Shown: positions 59,938 to 64,000 of the stretch, one piece after another | Layout of the letters: each line of letters starts with the position of its first letter | Numbering within the stretch: the stretch's first letter is position 1 | Assembly (NCBI GenBank): GCA_963845535.1 | Contig: CAWJSK010000015.1 | Span: 1-64,000 of the forward strand | Direction of reading: 5' to 3' | Source of the DNA: an uncultured Spirochaetota bacterium | GTDB lineage: Bacteria > Spirochaetota > Spirochaetia > SZUA-6 > Fen-1364 | DNA length: 64,000 nucleotides | The notes under the pieces: generated by a model | Told to the model about the DNA's origin: nothing | What the model saw: the letters and a program-made list of their open reading frames with translations, nothing else | Database searches by the model: none | Program-made: the position numbers and the translations under genes

Positions 59938-60171
59938 TTACGCTCCTTTCGCGCTTGGCTGGGACACCTTTTCGGTGTCGCCAAAATAGCTGATTGCCTC
60001 AGTTGGGCAGATCTTCGAGCATCCCCTGCAAAACTCAACGCACGCCTCGGGCTGTGCCACCACCGGATGGTCCTCACCGGCTTGGAAGACCCCGTGGGTG
60101 CAGAAATCCAGGCAAGTATTGCAGTTGGAACAAAGATCCGGGTCGATGATCGGATGCCAGTTTGCAGCCAT
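59938..60171 (-). CDS. 2x[4Fe-4S] ferredoxin
   Basis: CSNCNTCLDFC and CVEFCRGCSKICP. Confidence 0.9.
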   Translation of the reverse strand: MAANWHPIIDPDLCSNCNTCLDFCTHGVFQAGEDHPVVAQPEACVEFCRGCSKICPTEAISYFGDTEKVSQPSAKGA

Positions 60172-60191
60172 AAGCTGCCTCCTTTCTAGTG

Positions 60192-60233
60192 TTGGCTTAA
60201 TGGCAATATTACCACTAATTCATTATTTGTCAA
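60192..60233 (-). promoter_or_regulatory. Promoter with ArsR-type operator
   Basis: TTGACA-N16-TAATAT overlapping near-palindrome TGGCAATATTACCA. Confidence 0.75.
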
Positions 60234-60246
60234 GTGGCCTGAGCTT

Positions 60247-60276
60247 AAAAGAGCCGGTCGAGGGGACCGGCTCTTT
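60247..60276 (-). terminator. Intrinsic terminator downstream of the CoA-disulfide reductase gene
   Basis: AAAGAGCCGGTC-GAGGG-GACCGGCTCTTT 12-bp stem with A/T tails. Confidence 0.85.
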
Positions 60277-60323
60277 GCATCCCCTTGGGGAGGGGTGACC
60301 GTCAGGGTCTGAACAGGCGGTTC

Positions 60324-62045
60324 TTATGAGGCTGCCTGGATTGAATCGTCCCTCAAGATGATGTCATTTTCATAGATGTCCTCATTGGACTGCTTCTGCA
60401 TCGCCAATTGATATGTCTTATAGCCACCGCTCAGATTCCTGACTCTGGCAAACCCATGCTGCTTGAGAATGCGAAGCGCAATGTACCCGCGCAAACCCAC
60501 CTGGCAGTAGACGTAGAGGTTCTTCTCCTGAGACAATTCAGAAAGGCGGTCGCGCAGGGAATCCACCGGAATGTTGACCGCGCCGGGGATTGAGCCCTGC
60601 TGAAACTCATCCTGCGTGCGGACATCGATAATCACGGAGGTGGCGCTGTCAATCTGCGGGATCTCGTTCCAATGAAAGACCGGGCAGTCGCCTTTCAGGA
60701 TATTGGCGGCCGTATAGCCGGCAATGTTGACCGGATCCTTGGCAGAGGAGTACATGGGCGCGTAGGCGAGCTCGAGTCTCTCGAGATCAAACACCGTCAA
60801 CCGCGAACGCATGGCGGTGGATATGACATCGATCCGTTTGTCCACGCCGTCGTAGCCGATGATCTGGGCTCCCAGCACCCTTCCATCAGGCCGGGAAAAC
60901 AGCAGTTTGACGGCCATCAGTGTGCCACCAGGATAGTATCCTGCGTGGGACGGGGAGTGGGTAAAGGACTTCTCGTATGATACTCCCATTCGCTTCAGCG
61001 CCCCTTCGTTGGCGCCGGTGGTGGCCACTGTGATATCGAAGACCTGCACGATGGAGGTGCCTTGCGTGCCTTGGTAGGATTCAGTGACGCCGCAGATATT
61101 GTTCGCGGCGATGCGGCCCTGCTTGTTGGCCGGTCCGGCAAGAGGGATCAGCGCGGCTTCTCCGGAGGTGAAGTCTTCCACCTCAATCGCATCCCCAACG
61201 GCGTAAATGTCAGGATTGGAAGTCCTCAAGTGCTCATCAACTTTGATCCCGCCCCTCGGTCCGAGCACGACTCCCGCCTCACGCGCCAGTTGGACGTCAG
61301 GCTTCACGCCGACACCGAGCACGGCCAGATCTGCCCGAAGGATTTTTCCGTCCGTAAGCCGGATTTCCAGGAAACCGCGTTTCTCAGAGAACGAGGCAAC
61401 GGCCTCCTTGAGGTAGAACTCCACGCCTTTTGTCTTGAGATGCTGATGGACAAGGGCAGCCATGTCAAAATCCAGCGGCGCGATGACATGGTCAGCGAGC
61501 TCGACGATTGTTACCCGCGTTCCCGTTGCGGCAAGGTTTTCCGCCACTTCAAGACCGATGAACCCCGCCCCGATGACGACCGCACGTTGCGGCTTCTGTT
61601 TTTCAACGAGCTCCTTGATCTTCAGGGTGTCTGGGATCGTACGCAGGGTGAAGATCCTTTCCGAATGGATGCCCGGAAGATTCGGCCGAAAAGGTTCTGC
61701 ACCTGGCGATAAAAGAAGCTTGTCATAGCGCTCGATGTACCTGCTCTCCTTCGCATGATCGAAGATTTCCACCTCTTTCCGCTCAGGAATGATGCGGCGG
61801 ACTTCTGACCGGAGCCGAACCTTGATGTGGAACCGCTTCCACATGCTTTCGGGGGTCTGCACCAGCAGATCTTTGGTTTCCGGGATAACACCTCCTATGT
61901 GATAGGGCAGGCCGCAGTTTGCATACGAGATGTAGTCCCCCTTTTCGACAATGATGATCTCTGCCCCCTCGTTGATTCTTCTCAGACGAGCTGCTGCCGT
62001 TGCGCCGCCGGCCACGCCACCTACAATGATAACCTTGAGTGCCAT
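60324..62045 (-). CDS. cdr: CoA-disulfide reductase with rhodanese domain (Cdr/Npsr-like)
   Basis: GGVAGG, SYANCGLPY, GAGFIGLE, YAVGDA, ELAYAP..SSAKDP, DVR..EF, YCQVGLRG, NLSGGY. Confidence 0.9.
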   Translation of the reverse strand: MALKVIIVGGVAGGATAAARLRRINEGAEIIIVEKGDYISYANCGLPYHIGGVIPETKDLLVQTPESMWKRFHIKVRLRSEVRRIIPERKEVEIFDHAKESRYIERYDKLLLSPGAEPFRPNLPGIHSERIFTLRTIPDTLKIKELVEKQKPQRAVVIGAGFIGLEVAENLAATGTRVTIVELADHVIAPLDFDMAALVHQHLKTKGVEFYLKEAVASFSEKRGFLEIRLTDGKILRADLAVLGVGVKPDVQLAREAGVVLGPRGGIKVDEHLRTSNPDIYAVGDAIEVEDFTSGEAALIPLAGPANKQGRIAANNICGVTESYQGTQGTSIVQVFDITVATTGANEGALKRMGVSYEKSFTHSPSHAGYYPGGTLMAVKLLFSRPDGRVLGAQIIGYDGVDKRIDVISTAMRSRLTVFDLERLELAYAPMYSSAKDPVNIAGYTAANILKGDCPVFHWNEIPQIDSATSVIIDVRTQDEFQQGSIPGAVNIPVDSLRDRLSELSQEKNLYVYCQVGLRGYIALRILKQHGFARVRNLSGGYKTYQLAMQKQSNEDIYENDIILRDDSIQAAS

Positions 62046-62080
62046 ATCCAACCTCCAATCCTTTCGTGGATGCTCCTCGC

Positions 62081-62166
62081 GCCTTATTCGCGGACCACGT
62101 CAGGGTCCGCTTCCAGCTTTGCGGCCAGCTCCTTGCGAAGCTGCTCCTTGGGAATGCTTCTGGCCA
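62081..62166. repeat. 86-bp direct repeat (copy of the ferredoxin 3' end at 63444-63529)
   Basis: 84/86 identity with 63444-63529 by eye. Confidence 0.92.
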
Positions 62167-62196
62167 GATCGCGAACATTCATAGACAGACAAACCC

Positions 62197-63414
62197 TCAT
62201 GCCAATCCCAACGCCAGCAGGCCGCTCCACAGGGCCAGCCCGCCAAGAAAGACCCACAGAATGTCAATCTTAAACCAGCGCACTGCCGCAAACGCAGCAC
62301 CCGCCAAAGCCAGCGAAGCTGGTCCCGTGAGAGCTGCACCGCCAAGCTGTAGCAGCACCACCGCCAGCAGACCGACGAAAGACGCCATGACCCCGGCCAG
62401 CGCGCCGCGCACTGCTTTCAGATTTCGAATGTGCGCAAAAACCTCGGTGAACAACAGCGTCATGGCAAAGGAGGGCGAAAACATGGCAAAGGTTGCCAAC
62501 AGACCGCCCAGAAAGCCGGCCACCTTGTAGCCGATGAACGTGGCGGTAATCAAGAACGGGCCAGGCGTAATCTGCCCCAGGGCAATCCCATCCGCAAATT
62601 GGTTGAGCGGCATCCAGTGATGAACGTCCACTGTTTCTGCCTGGATAAGCGGGATGATGGCGGAACCGTTTCCGAATGCCACCGAACCGATCTTGAACAA
62701 CGATAAGGAGAGCCTGCCCATTTCTGACCTCAGGCTCCATGAAAAAGCGACCACACCTATGATTACCGCTGCCACCGTCGCTATACCCGCCCAGCGCTTT
62801 GCTGATGCGTGTTCGATTTTGGAGAATGGTTTGCGCGCTTCAGCAGTTTTCCCTTTGCCTGTCACCGGGCGAATCAGCAGAGCGCCCAACGCCAGCGCGA
62901 CCAACACGATCAAAACCGCATTGAACTTTAGCAGCAAAGAGACAAAGGCCAGCAGCGTGATGACTGCCTGCGTGCGGTTCTGGATGTTGCGCCCACCCAT
63001 CTCCAGCGTGACGTTGAAGAGGATGCCCACAACCAGCGCTTCCAACCCCGAAAAGAGAGGATGCGCCCAGAGTAAATTGCCGGCGGCGAAGTAGAAGGCA
63101 GAAAGGACCGACATCAAAACAAAAGAAGGCAGGACAAATCCAGTTGTCGCAAAAACAGCGCCGATCACGCCACGCAGTTTGTAGCCCACATAGGCGGTGA
63201 AATCGACCATCAACGGGCCGGGATACAGTTGGACCATTGCCAGCCCTTCGTTCATCTCCTCTTCACTCAGCCAGTGATTATCCATCACCAGCGCTTTGAG
63301 TTTCTGCAAGATAGCCATGCCGAAGGCCGTGAGGCCGACGATGAAGTAGGAGGAAAAAATGGCCCGCAGGGATACGCGCGGACGGGATTCAGGCTTGTCT
63401 AATTCAGCAGTCAT
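62197..63414 (-). CDS. chrA: Chromate/oxyanion efflux transporter (CHR family, bidomain)
   Basis: GLTAFG, QLYPGP, GSVAFGNG, DGIALGQITPGP. Confidence 0.9.
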   Translation of the reverse strand: MTAELDKPESRPRVSLRAIFSSYFIVGLTAFGMAILQKLKALVMDNHWLSEEEMNEGLAMVQLYPGPLMVDFTAYVGYKLRGVIGAVFATTGFVLPSFVLMSVLSAFYFAAGNLLWAHPLFSGLEALVVGILFNVTLEMGGRNIQNRTQAVITLLAFVSLLLKFNAVLIVLVALALGALLIRPVTGKGKTAEARKPFSKIEHASAKRWAGIATVAAVIIGVVAFSWSLRSEMGRLSLSLFKIGSVAFGNGSAIIPLIQAETVDVHHWMPLNQFADGIALGQITPGPFLITATFIGYKVAGFLGGLLATFAMFSPSFAMTLLFTEVFAHIRNLKAVRGALAGVMASFVGLLAVVLLQLGGAALTGPASLALAGAAFAAVRWFKIDILWVFLGGLALWSGLLALGLA

Positions 63415-63446
63415 GTGCAGTTCCTTACCGCGCGCTTGTCAATGCC

Positions 63447-63797
63447 TTATTCGCGGACCAAGTCAGGGTTCGCTTCCAGCTTTGCGGCCAGCTCCTTGCG
63501 AAGCTGCTCCTTGGGAATGCTTCTGGCCAACTCCCGCACGTACTGGTCATCGTGAGGAAATGAAATCGCATTCCAGAGGCAACCCACCTGGCAGTTGTTG
63601 CATCCCACCATGCAGTGATCCTGAAAAAGCACCACTGCCTTCTTCTTTTCAGGATCGTACCCAAAAACGTTTCGCTTCTCCCCGCAGGTGACGACGCAAA
63701 AGCCACAACCGGTGCACTTGTCACTGTTGATCACCGGACCCCAACTGATCTTTGCGCGGTCGATTCCATGCCATTTCGAAAAAAAATCATCAGCCAT
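63447..63797 (-). CDS. 4Fe-4S ferredoxin
   Basis: W.GIDR.KI.WGP.I..CTGCGFCVVTC, CMVGCNNCQVGC; GGAGG RBS. Confidence 0.9.
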   Translation of the reverse strand: MADDFFSKWHGIDRAKISWGPVINSDKCTGCGFCVVTCGEKRNVFGYDPEKKKAVVLFQDHCMVGCNNCQVGCLWNAISFPHDDQYVRELARSIPKEQLRKELAAKLEANPDLVRE

Positions 63798-63811
63798 TTC
63801 CCTACCCTCCT

Positions 63812-64000
63812 TTATGTGGCGCCGCTTTTGACAACATGATCAGGAAACTTCTCCAGCCGTGCCTGAAGCTCTTTCTTTACCGTTGGCAAGACCTTGAACT
63901 TCGACATTGCTTTCTTCACGAATTTCTCGGGTGCTTCGGGAAAAGTTATCGCTGTCTCGGGGCACACCCTCCCGCATGTCGTGCATCCGACGGCACAATT
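63812..64000 (-). CDS. 4Fe-4S ferredoxin, 3' part (runs off window)
   Basis: Manual translation NCAVGCTTCGRVCPETAITFP...GAT*; paralogous to the adjacent gene. Confidence 0.82.
   Translation of the reverse strand, partial: NCAVGCTTCGRVCPETAITFPEAPEKFVKKAMSKFKVLPTVKKELQARLEKFPDHVVKSGAT

Overview
High-GC bacterial chromosomal segment. The TpN50-like OmpA, DbpA-domain protein, FadL/TraF-like barrel and DksA style suggest a free-living Spirochaetia; this is inference, not a database result. Layout: (1) 1-9.8 kb, a sigma-54 / second-messenger hub with two paralogous enhancer-binding proteins, three -24/-12 promoters, PilZ, cNMP and cNMP-HD-GYP genes, and surface lipoprotein/beta-barrel targets. 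(2) 10-18 kb, a TetR-controlled tripartite ABC efflux operon. (3) 18.7-23.6 kb, a TPP-riboswitch thiamine salvage operon. (4) 23.7-50 kb, mostly housekeeping genes (sugar ABC, tpx, alr, ilvC, trmB, dksA, infA, argJ, purC, clpP, mtnP, era, nth, argR), plus a motif-dead DEAD-box pseudo-helicase and a candidate ~95-nt sRNA. (5) 50-53.5 kb, a tRNA-Pro/tRNA-Arg hotspot with a decayed att-bounded islet (IS110 scar, VOC pseudogene, ECF41 sigma with its promoter). (6) 53.5-64 kb, an accessory metal/sulfur-redox region (DUF134, MerR and ArsR operators, mini-HdrA, ferredoxins, CoA-disulfide reductase-rhodanese, and chrA inserted between 86-bp direct repeats). Several short indels, mostly in homopolymers, suggest long-read assembly error. 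No CRISPR array, rRNA, integrase or intact transposase was seen. All family assignments come from motif recognition by eye.
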